Program-made: the position numbers and the translations under genes
Part shown: positions 25,001 through 32,153 of the stretch, one piece after another
Layout: each line of letters opens with the position of its first letter
How positions within the stretch are numbered: position 1 is the first letter of the stretch
DNA from: Mobula hypostoma
Taxonomy: Eukaryota
NCBI RefSeq assembly: GCF_963921235.1
Contig: NC_086107.1
Span: 115,136,001 to 115,200,000 of the forward strand
DNA length: 64,000 bases
Reading direction: 5' to 3'
Notes under the pieces: generated by a model
What the model was told of the DNA's origin: nothing
The model's input: the letters and a program-made list of their open reading frames with translations, nothing else
The model's database searches: none

Positions 25001-28000
25001 CCCATCTCCCCTCACAAACCTATACCTCTCCCATCACAGCCCTGACCTTAAGCGGTGAACTGGATACTGTACACGGCGGCTGCACTGTGTATGGATTACA
25101 CCCACCCACCCTCCCCACCCCCAAGGAAGCGGAGAGCGGGAGTGTCCTATGGGTAACATGGCGGGTGCGGAGAGGTCCAACACACCCCTGGCCTGTAGCG
25201 GTTGGGCTGAGTGAGTCCTGTTTCCAGAGGGGGAGGCAAGGACACACCCTGTCCAGAAATCATCCTCCAACTCCTGTTTCACTTCCAGGACAGCAATAGG
25301 AAGTATGAGCTGCGAACTTCGGGAATCCTGGACTTCGACAGACAGAAGTACTACCAAGGCGAGAAGGGAGAGACCCTGCTCCGAGCGCACGTGGGTACAA
25401 TACCAGGGCGGGATCAGTTGTCGGCACCCACCCCCTCCCAATCTCGGTGATCCCACTACCTTCACCTATATCCCCTCCCAATTTCCGTGCCTCTCTCCTC
25501 TCCCTACACACCTCCCTGTAACAGTGACCCGTTCCTTCTCCAACACTCCTCCTCGGCTCCGGTAACATCCATGTCTGCTACACGCATCCCGGTCTCCCAG
25601 CCCTCTCCATCCTCTACATTAATCTCTCCACCACACCCCTCTCCGACTCTGTGATCCCTTTCCTCCCATTCACCCCTTCCGATATCCGTGAGCCAACACC
25701 TCCACCGTCCCTACACCCTCTCCGACTCCGTGACCCGCTCTCTCCCTATCCCCCTATGACCTGTGAAGACTCCGGGCTCACTGATATCATATTCATATCG
25801 CCTGTCCTTTCAGATTGTGACCTACTTTGAATCTTCCGACGAAGTGAAATTTTTGCCGTACGCCATCGGAGGGGCGGTTGGAGGATTCGTAATGCTCCTC
25901 TTGCTTGGGATCATTTTCTACAAGGTCTTTCAGCCGCAATTCTGCTGTGAATTTCACCTGCTCTCGCAGGGTCACCACTCTGCCCAGCGCCCTGTGTCAC
26001 CGACTGTATTCCTACGGACGTTAATCCAGCTCCCTTACACCATTCGTCAGTGATTCCTCTACCCAGCGGCCTGTATCACTGACTATATTCCCAATGACAT
26101 GAACCCAGCTTCCGCACATCGTCCTACAGTGATCCCAATTCCCAGCGCCATGTCGCTGACTGTATCCCCACTGTCGTTAATCCATCTCCCACACACTATC
26201 CCTCAGACCCCTCTCCCCCAGAGCCATTTCGCTAATTTTAGCTAGACGCATTGATATTAAACTTGGTTTAATATTAGAAACTTGGTTCAGAAAAAGAGAG
26301 GGATCTTCAATAAATACAAGCAGCTTGGAGTTAATGAGGTACTTGAGGAATATAAAGAATATAAAAAAGATTCCTAAGAAAGAAATTGGAAAAGCTGAAA
26401 GAAGATACGAGGCTGCTTTGGCAAGTAAGGTGAAAATAAATCCAAAGGGTTTCTACAGTTATGTTAGTGGCAAAAGGATGGTGAGGGATAAAATTGGTCC
26501 CTTGGAGAATCAAAGTGGACGGCTGTGTGCGACGCCAAAAGAGATGGGGGAGGTTTTGAACAATTTCTTTTCTTCGGTATTCACTAAGGAGAACGATATT
26601 GAATTGTGTAAGGTAAAGGAAACATGTAGGGCAGCTATGGAAAGTATGATAATTATAGAAGAGGAAGTACTGGCACTTTTATATTCCTTAAAAGTGGATA
26701 AGTCTCTGGGTCCGGACAGGATATTCCCTAGGACCTTGAGGGAAGTTAGTGTAGAAATAGCAGGGGCTCTGACAAATATTTCAACTGTTTCATACTAAGA
26801 GACAGAATCTACAAGCATTTGGATAGACAGGGACTTATTAGGGAGAGTCAACATGGCTTTGTGCGTGGTAGGTCATGTTTGACCAATCTGTTGGAGTTTT
26901 TCGAGGAGGTTACCAGGAAAGTGGATGAAGGGAAGGCAGTGGATATTGTCTACATGGACCTCAGTAAGGCTTTTGACTAGGTCCCGCATGGGAGGTTAGT
27001 TAGGAAAATTCAGTCGCTAGGTATACATGGAGAGGTGGTAAATTGGATTAGACATTGGCTGAATGGAAGAAGCCAAAGAGTGGTAGTAGAGAATTGCTTC
27101 TCTGAGTGGAGGCCTGTGACTAGTAGTGTGTCACAGGGATCAGTGCTGGGTCCATTGTTATTTGTCATCTATATCAATGATCTGGATGATAACGTGGTTA
27201 ATTTGATCAGCAAATTTGCTGATGATACAAAGATTGGAGGTGTAGTAGACAGTGAGGAAGATTTTCAGAGCCTGCAGAGGGTCTTGGACCAGCTGGGAAA
27301 ATGGGCTGAAAAATGGCAGATGGAGTTTAATACAGACAAGTGTGAGGTACTGCACGTTGGAAGGACAAACCAAGGTAGAACATATAGGGTTAATGGTAAG
27401 GCACTGAGGAGTGCAGTGGAACAGAGGGAACTGGGAATACAGATACAAAATTCCCTAAAAGTAGCATCACAGGTAGATAGGGTTGTAAAGAGAGCTTTTG
27501 GTACATTGGCCTTTATTAATCAGAGTATTGAGTATAAGAGCTGGAATGTTATGGTGAGGTTGTATAAGGCATTGGTGAGGTTGAATCTGGAGTATTGTGT
27601 TCAGTTTTGGTCACCAAATTACAGGAATGATATTAATGAGGTTGGAAGATTGCAAAGAAGGTTTACAAGGATGTTGCCGGGACTTGAGAAACTCAGTTAC
27701 AGAGAAAGGTTGAATAAGTTAGGACTTTATTCCCTGGAGACTAGAAGAATGAGGGGAGATTTGATAGAGGTATATAAAATTATGATGGGTATAGATAGAG
27801 TGAATGCAAGCAGGCTTTTTCCACTGAGGCAAGGGGAGAAAAAAGCCAGAGGACATGGGTTAAGGGTGAGGCGGGGGGGGGGGAGAGTTTAAAGGGAACA
27901 TTAGTGGGGGCTTCTTCACACAGAGTGGTGGGAGTATGGAATGAGCTGCCAGACGAGGTGGTAAATGCGGGTTCTTTTTTAAGATTTAAGAATAAATTGG

Positions 28001-29864
28001 ACAGATACATGGATGGGAGGTGTATGGAGGGATATGGTCCGTGTGCAGGTCAGTGGGACTAGGCAGAAAATGGTTCGGCACAGCCAAGAAGGGCCAAAAG
28101 GCCTGTTTCTGTGCTGTAGTTTCTGTGGTTTTCTATGTCATTAGAAACGGGGATAGTGCCTGAGGATTGGCCTATTGCTCATGTGGTTCCATTGTTTAAA
28201 AAGGGTTCTAAAAGTAAACCTGGCAATTATCGGCCTGTTAGTTTGATGTCAGTGGTGGGTAAATTGATGGAAAGTATTCTTAGAGATGATATATAATTAT
28301 CTGGATAGACAGTCTGATTAGGAACAGTCGACATGGGTTTGTGCATGGAAGGTCATGTTTGACAAATCTTACTGAATTTTTTGATAAGGTTACTAAGAAA
28401 GTTAACGAGGGTGAAACGGTGGATGTTGTCTATATGGACTTCAGTAAGGCCTTTGACAAGGTTCCACACGGAAGGTTAGTTGGGAAGGTTCAATCGTTAG
28501 GTATTAATATTGAAGTAGTAAAATGAATTCAGCAGTGGCTGGATGGGAGACGCCAGAGAGTAGTGGTAGATAACTGTGTGTCAGATTGGAGGATGGTGTC
28601 TAGAGGTGTGCCTCAGGGATCTGTACTGGGTCCAATGTTGTTTGTCATATATATTAATGATCTGGATGATGGGGTGGTAAATTGGATTAGTAAGTATGCA
28701 GATGATATTAAGATAGGTGGTGTTGTGGATGATGAGGTAGGTTTTCAAAACTTGCAGAGAGATGTAGGACAGGTAGAAGAGTGGGCTAAAAGCTGGCAGG
28801 TGGAGTTTAATGCAGAAAAATGCGAGGTGCTACATTTTGGTGGGACTAATCAAAATAGGACATACATGGTAAATGGTAGGGCATTGAAGAATGCAGTAGA
28901 ACAGAGGGATCTAGGAATAATGGCGAATAGTTCCCTGAAGATGGAATCTCATGTGGATAGGGTGGTGAAGAAAGCTTTTGGTTTGCTGGCCTTTATTAAT
29001 CAGAACATTGAGTATAGGAGTTGGGATGTAATGTTCAATTTTTATAAGGCATTGGTAAGGCCAAATCTGGAGTATTGTGTACAGTTCTGGTCACCGAATT
29101 ATAGGAAAGATGTCAATAAAATTGAGAGTACAGAGGAGGTTTACTAAAATGTTGCCTGGGTTTCATCTCCTAAGTTACAGAAAAAGGTTGAACAAGTTAG
29201 GTCTTTATTCTTTGGAGCGTAGAAGGTTGAGGGGGAACTTGATAGAGGTGTTTAAAATTATGAGGGGGATAGATAGAGTTGACGTGGTTAGACTTTTTCC
29301 ATCGAGAGTGGGGAAGATTGAAACAAGATGACATGAGTTGAGAGTTAAAGGGCAAAAGTTTAGGGGTAACATGAGGGGGAACTTCTTTACTCAGAGAGTG
29401 GTAGCTGTGTGGAACGAGCTTCCAGCAGAAGTGGTTGAGGCAGGTTCGATGTTGTCGTTTAAAGTTAAATTGGATAGATATATGGACAGGAAAGGAATGG
29501 AGGGTTATGGGCTGGGTGCAGGTCGGTGGGACTAGGATAGGGTAAGAGTTCGGCACGGACTAGAAGGGCCGAGATGGCCTGTTTCTGTGCTGTAATTGCT
29601 GTATGGTTATATAAATCAGTTCCCTCACGCCCGTCCTTCTCCACAGCGCCGTAACGCTGACTGCATCTCCCTGATGTTAATCCATCTCTCTCACTAACCC
29701 CCCACCCCCACCGCACCACACTGAAGTTAATGCAGCTGTTCATTTTCCTTCGTTAGGTTGGATTTTTTAAACGCGAGTACAGGGACATCGTGAAAGAGAG
29801 AAGTCAGAATGTTGAGTGTGAAGAGCCCTTGAACCAACCGGCCCCTTCGCCGACCGACACATGA
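14..29864 (+). CDS. Integrin alpha chain with I (vWA) domain, CD11 family (alpha-M/alpha-X-like); 5'-incomplete, 27 coding exons in window
   Basis: Exons: 14-90, 402-516, 860-990, 1263-1408, 1798-1951, 2215-2365, 9292-9368, 9583-9697, 10013-10161, 10271-10411, 11097-11300, 13072-13202, 13656-13813, 14235-14386, 15227-15358, 17162-17235, 17820-17961, 18093-18185, 19484-19563, 20263-20349, 20706-20778, 21253-21357, 21743-21835, 24790-24903, 25289-25390, 25814-25924, 29757-29864. All AG/GT bounded, frame-consistent (3215 nt). Motifs: [11 protein letters not shown] (MIDAS), [48 protein letters not shown], a TM segment, KVGFFKR. The exact paralog cannot be assigned without a phylogeny. Confidence 0.93.
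402..516 (+). CDS. integrin alpha exon ([23 protein letters not shown]...PAFE)
   Basis: aag| ... |gtagcc; conserved Cys pattern preceding the I domain. Confidence 0.88.
860..990 (+). CDS. integrin I-domain exon with MIDAS DxSxS ([30 protein letters not shown])
   Basis: tag| ... |gtgggt. Confidence 0.93.
1263..1408 (+). CDS. integrin I-domain exon ([16 protein letters not shown]...[11 protein letters not shown])
   Basis: cag| ... |gtaagt. Confidence 0.93.
1493..1608. repeat. 31-nt tandem repeat, about 4 copies
   Basis: gggtataatgtagggtgcggttaaaaagagg. Confidence 0.85.
1798..1951 (+). CDS. integrin I-domain exon ([26 protein letters not shown]...RYAIG)
   Basis: cag| ... |gtgagt. Confidence 0.93.
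2215..2365 (+). CDS. integrin I-domain C-terminal exon (VGNVF...LKEKIFAIE)
   Basis: cag| ... |gtttga. Confidence 0.92.
3123..3914 (-). mobile_element. 5'-truncated CR1 LINE (young RT C-terminus plus 3' tail)
   Basis: ORF 3202-3930(-): [19 protein letters not shown]...[13 protein letters not shown]...[14 protein letters not shown]; tail (ATAGAAAC)n on +. Confidence 0.92.
4601..4938 (-). mobile_element. CR1 3'-end fragment
   Basis: catagaaacatagaaaacctacagcacaatacaggccctt tail; inserted in the host CR1. Confidence 0.7.
5667..6879. mobile_element. Solo LTR-like element (1213 bp) with 5-bp TSD
   Basis: Ends TGTCA...TGACA, flanked by GTATA (5662-5666 and 6880-6884). Removing it rejoins the CR1 motif V-Y-M-x-F-S-K-A-F-D-K. 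Internal ~58-nt tandem repeats at 6060-6310. Confidence 0.8.
7330..7521 (-). mobile_element. CR1 3'-end fragment
   Basis: catagaaacctacagcacattacaggcccttcg; same family as 4601-4938. Confidence 0.65.
8128..8497 (+). mobile_element. CR1 3' fragment
   Basis: GDLTEIY...GHSLRI...MRGNF..QRVVN-like remnants and a cttatgg tail. Confidence 0.7.
9292..9368 (+). CDS. integrin exon ([25 protein letters not shown])
   Basis: cag| ... |gtacgg; SFxxExxQxGFS motif. Confidence 0.88.
9583..9697 (+). CDS. integrin exon ([15 protein letters not shown]...NAYL)
   Basis: cag| ... |gtgagg. Confidence 0.9.
10013..10161 (+). CDS. integrin FG-GAP exon (YSVT...[11 protein letters not shown]...GEQ)
   Basis: tag| ... 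|gtgaga. Confidence 0.92.
10271..10411 (+). CDS. integrin FG-GAP exon (IGSYFG...[16 protein letters not shown])
   Basis: cag| ... |gtatct; Ca-binding hairpin. Confidence 0.92.
11097..11300 (+). CDS. integrin FG-GAP exon (ARFGASI...[17 protein letters not shown]...YSQ)
   Basis: cag| ... |gtgcgg. Confidence 0.93.
12030..12832 (+). mobile_element. Degraded CR1 3' fragment
   Basis: [38 protein letters not shown]. Confidence 0.75.
12993..13030. repeat. (CA)n microsatellite
   Basis: Visible directly. Confidence 0.9.
13072..13202 (+). CDS. integrin FG-GAP exon (RIEG...LQYFG...[14 protein letters not shown])
   Basis: tag| ... |gtacct. Confidence 0.92.
13656..13813 (+). CDS. integrin thigh exon ([19 protein letters not shown]...)
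   Basis: cag| ... |gtgagt. Confidence 0.85.
14235..14386 (+). CDS. integrin thigh exon ([23 protein letters not shown]...)
   Basis: cag| ... |gtaaca. Confidence 0.87.
15227..15358 (+). CDS. integrin thigh exon ([12 protein letters not shown]...)
   Basis: cag| ... |gtaggt. Confidence 0.87.
15410..16735 (+). mobile_element. Degraded CR1 3' fragment interrupted by a Rex1/Babar insertion
   Basis: VVKKAF...[19 protein letters not shown]; resumes at about 16546 (gaacgagctgcc). Confidence 0.75.
15828..16543 (+). mobile_element. Rex1/Babar-clade non-LTR retrotransposon, 5'-truncated
   Basis: [17 protein letters not shown]...[15 protein letters not shown]...[17 protein letters not shown]...[18 protein letters not shown]...FFPTVIRLL; tail aataaagtact(aaagt)n. 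Confidence 0.85.
16831..17028. mobile_element. Palindromic Penelope-derived terminal-repeat element
   Basis: acacacagaatgctgggggaactgagcag ... tgctgagttcctccagaattttgtgtgt inverted arms; homologous to the end of the element at 44692. Confidence 0.7.
17162..17235 (+). CDS. integrin genu exon ([19 protein letters not shown])
   Basis: cag| ... |gtaggt; PFxxxC...C..DL motif. Confidence 0.87.
17583..17785. mobile_element. Second palindromic Penelope-derived element
   Basis: atacacacagaaatgctggaggaactc ... tgagtccctccagtatttcgtgtgtatt; same tail (tttgatttccagcatctgcaga). Confidence 0.68.
17820..17961 (+). CDS. integrin calf-1 exon (SGVLLIKPG...LQNKAE...[10 protein letters not shown])
   Basis: tag| ... 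|gtagca. Confidence 0.85.
18093..18185 (+). CDS. integrin calf-1 exon (LNRTVPHSC...[13 protein letters not shown])
   Basis: cag| ... |gtgagc; CxISHP motif. Confidence 0.85.
18211..19454. repeat. ~47-nt minisatellite, about 26-27 copies, filling an integrin intron
   Basis: ccggtcagtgtacagatctccccctgagagagagggactgagagaca. Confidence 0.95.
19484..19563 (+). CDS. integrin calf-1 exon (VSLFLTFDV...)
   Basis: tag| ... |gtaagg. Confidence 0.85.
20263..20349 (+). CDS. integrin exon ([19 protein letters not shown]...)
   Basis: cag| ... |gtaacg. Confidence 0.85.
20706..20778 (+). CDS. integrin calf-2 exon ([10 protein letters not shown]...IHKYQ)
   Basis: cag| ... |gtaacc. Confidence 0.85.
21253..21357 (+). 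CDS. integrin calf-2 exon ([15 protein letters not shown]...)
   Basis: cag| ... |gtgagg. Confidence 0.85.
21743..21835 (+). CDS. integrin calf-2 exon ([12 protein letters not shown]...)
   Basis: cag| ... |gtatgg; poorly conserved region, phase fits. Confidence 0.72.
22115..23390 (+). mobile_element. Degraded or nested CR1 fragments
   Basis: [47 protein letters not shown] remnants. Confidence 0.75.
23400..24260 (-). mobile_element. Degraded CR1 fragment (host of a SINE)
   Basis: [27 protein letters not shown]. Confidence 0.7.
23483..23784 (+). mobile_element. Full-length tRNA-derived SINE with 11-bp TSD (MetaSINE-like)
   Basis: A box TGGCCAAATGG, B box GTTCGAGTC, TSD CAGGTCCCTAT (23472-23482 and 23785-23795), short repeat tail (ttgact/ttga). 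Confidence 0.85.
24790..24903 (+). CDS. integrin calf-2 exon (…QVINCTV…LRGEL…)
   Basis: aag| ... |gtaacg; acceptor position slightly uncertain. Confidence 0.78.
25289..25390 (+). CDS. integrin calf-2 exon ([21 protein letters not shown]...)
   Basis: cag| ... |gtgggt. Confidence 0.83.
25814..25924 (+). CDS. integrin transmembrane exon ([24 protein letters not shown])
   Basis: cag| ... |gtcttt (weak donor). Confidence 0.9.
26235..29610 (+). mobile_element. CR1 LINE (RT region to 3' end) with a second CR1 nested at about 26793-28135
   Basis: ORFs 26325-26798, 28341-28526, 28563-29147: [33 protein letters not shown]; stops and frameshifts present. Confidence 0.92.
26793..28135 (+). mobile_element. 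Nested 5'-truncated CR1 LINE
   Basis: ORF 27035-27892 ([21 protein letters not shown]); own 3' tail (gtttctgtggttttctat), after which the host resumes. Confidence 0.88.
29757..29864 (+). CDS. integrin cytoplasmic-tail exon ([35 protein letters not shown])
   Basis: tag| acceptor, GFFKR motif, TGA at 29862-29864. Confidence 0.92.
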   Translation, partial: VGFFKREYRDIVKERSQNVECEEPLNQPAPSPTDT

Positions 29865-30094
29865 ATTGCCATTTACTTTCCAACTCTCTCAATTCCTTCC
29901 CGCTGAAGCCTTTCGGATTCGGACCCCTGCGTCGCTGAGACTACCATGATCAGTTTCCGCAGGTCAGCTTGGCAATGGAGCAACTATCTCAATCGGAGAG
30001 AACTGGATGGGCAGGAGGAGTCCTGGTTCCTTCCCAAAATGCTTACTCTACCACTTGGCCGGTACGCGCGAACTCTGCAGTTTCTGATGTTGGT

Positions 30095-30245
30095 TTCCGA
30101 GATGGGACCTGGTTCAATTCGGTCGCAGTTCTGTCAGGCGTCTCTGTACGTCTTCCCCGTGAAATGGCGGGGGGTTCCTCCGGGTGCTCCTACAATCCAA
30201 AGACGTGACACATGGGCTAATTGGCCTCTGTAAATTGTGTCTCCC
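30095..30245 (+). mobile_element. Degraded V-SINE/HE1-like SINE in the putative integrin 3' UTR
   Basis: ggttcaattc B-box remnant; gtacgtcttccccgtg...ggttcctccgggtgctcc...tccaaagacgt...taattggc...gtaaattg resembles the V-domain consensus as I recall it. Confidence 0.55.
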
Positions 30246-30384
30246 ACCCCCGTGATTAAGTTGCTGTTAATCGGGCTTGTCGGGGTTTGCTGGGAAGAGA
30301 TGGAAAGGCCTACTTTGCCCTGTATTACTGAATGAATAATTGAATAAATGGATTATTGCCAGTGCTGAGTTCACCGTCACGTCT

Positions 30385-30720
30385 GCACAAACACAAAGAA
30401 AATTTTTCTTGCTGCAGCGTCACAGCACACAGCATCAGATTCACAACATTCACGACAAACAACAATAAATTAAACATTATTTTACAAGAAAACACATCTA
30501 GAACAAAAAATAAAGCCACTTGTAGTGCGGGGTTGTCACGGTGTTTTGGACTGAGGAAGTGACTGGAGTTATAGCGGTCGTTTCAAGAGCCGAATGGTTG
30601 AAGGGAAGTCGCTGTTCCTGAACTTGGTGGTGTGGGACGTCAGGTTTCTGTATCTGCTGCCCGAGGGGGGCTGCGAGAAAATGGTGTGGCCCTGACAGTG
30701 CGGGAACGTTGATGCTTTTG
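30385..30720 (-). mobile_element. Probable Rex1/Babar-type 3' fragment
   Basis: ttgaagggaagtcgctgttcctgaacttggtggtgtgggacgtcaggtttctgtatctgctgcc; the reverse strand encodes a GSRYR...TTKFRNSDFPSTIRLL-like C-terminus. Confidence 0.6.
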
Positions 30721-31139
30721 AACTCAATACGCCTTCTTAACCACCCGAGAGCACATCCGACTTGGTTCGATAGATGAACACTCGGGGATTTGAAAACTAG
30801 TGTGGGGGTGGCTGCGTTGCCTCGTGCGCCGATTCGAAGCCAACCCCAAGTTTCCCGTCACGGTCTCCTCTCTCCGAAGGGAATAGCTGCTTCGAATCAG
30901 TTCTGATCTGCGGGGTTGGAGCTCCTTTGACGAGTCAGACCCGTTTCCCTGGCCCAGTCAGCACCTCCGCACGCTGTCTTCCGGCTCCCAGCTGTACCAA
31001 TGGCGAAAAAGGCCCTCTGCTCCGTCAGTTTAGGGTCTTCTGTGGAGCAGATGCTGTTGACTGATGCTACAGTAAGTAGACTACGGACAGCTGCGCGCAC
31101 AGCAAGTAGTCACGGCGGCCTCCTTCGCAGGCAGAGCCC

Positions 31140-31650
31140 TTAAATAGACTCTAATACACCAGGGATCAATTAGACGCTGTTTCTACGGTGGAGGCTAGGT
31201 AGGTTGTACAATGGAGATTCATTAGAGTCTGTAATATAATCCTGTTAAGTAGACTGCCTCGGGGTTAAATTGACTTTTTAGTACAAAAGGCATGAGTAGA
31301 TTCTGCAGGTAGCAGGGGTTAAATTGGACTCTGTATTGCAATGGGTTTAAGTCTACTCTGTGTTCCAGTGGAGTTAAGCAGACTCTGAGGAAGCAGGGAA
31401 AAAGTAGACTCTGTAGTACAATGGGGTTAAGTAGACTCTGGAATACAATGGGGTTAAGTAGATTCTGTAGATATCAGGGGTTAAGTAAGACTCTGTAGAC
31501 AACTAGAATTAAGAAGATTCTCCAGACAGAAGGGTTTAAATACATTCTAGATCAATGTGCTTAAGTGGACTCTGCAGGCAGCAGGGGTTAAATTGATTGT
31601 ATGGTACTTTAAGGGTTAAGTAGTCTCAGGGATTAAATATACTCCGATGC
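31140..31650. repeat. Degenerate ~30-nt tandem repeat
   Basis: gggttaagtagactctgtagtacaatg variants. Confidence 0.75.
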
Positions 31651-32057
31651 TGAGATATCCAGGCGAAACAGCCCGGAGATCTGCAGGGAGAGATTGGGCG
31701 AGAGGTTGGGGTAGGGAAAGGGACAGCCGGAGGGTGGGGCAGTGATTATGGGGTGTGGTGGAGTGGGGGCGGGTGGGTTTAGCCCAAAAGTCACTCCCAA
31801 TGACCACGTCTCTTCCTAGGTTTTGTGCAAATCCTTCATGATCCCTCCTCACACTCGCCCCAACACATCCTTCCCTCAATTCCACCCTCCTCACTTTTTT
31901 CCCATTTCTTCCCTACCAATTGAACGGAAGCATATCCTGGTTGTGAAATAAACTTCATTAAAAGGTTATTATGGGTCGGGGTGGGCTTGTGGAGGGTGAA
32001 GGGGAGAAGGCATGTCTCTGGTAGGTAGGGGTCAGGGGTAAAGAAGAAACCCCGCGC

Positions 32058-32153
32058 TCACTTCATCAGGCGATTCTGAACTCGGTAGGAGAGGTGGGGC
32101 TCCGACATCAGATCCTCCCACACTGACTTTAGGTGGTGGATAAATTCCTCGAC
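32058..32153 (-). CDS. CCDC42: CCDC42 exon 7 (VEEFIHHLKSVWEDLM...RLMK*)
   Basis: cag| acceptor, TGA stop. Confidence 0.82.
   Translation of the reverse strand, partial: VEEFIHHLKSVWEDLMSEPHLSYRVQNRLMK

Noticed and set aside
26325..29535. Active reverse transcriptase gene or novel RT system
   Set aside because: 5'-truncated, nested CR1 ORF2 pieces with stops and frameshifts; ordinary LINE debris
30897..31100. 67-aa minus-strand ORF or extra exon between the genes
   Set aside because: No recognisable homology or convincing splice-site pair
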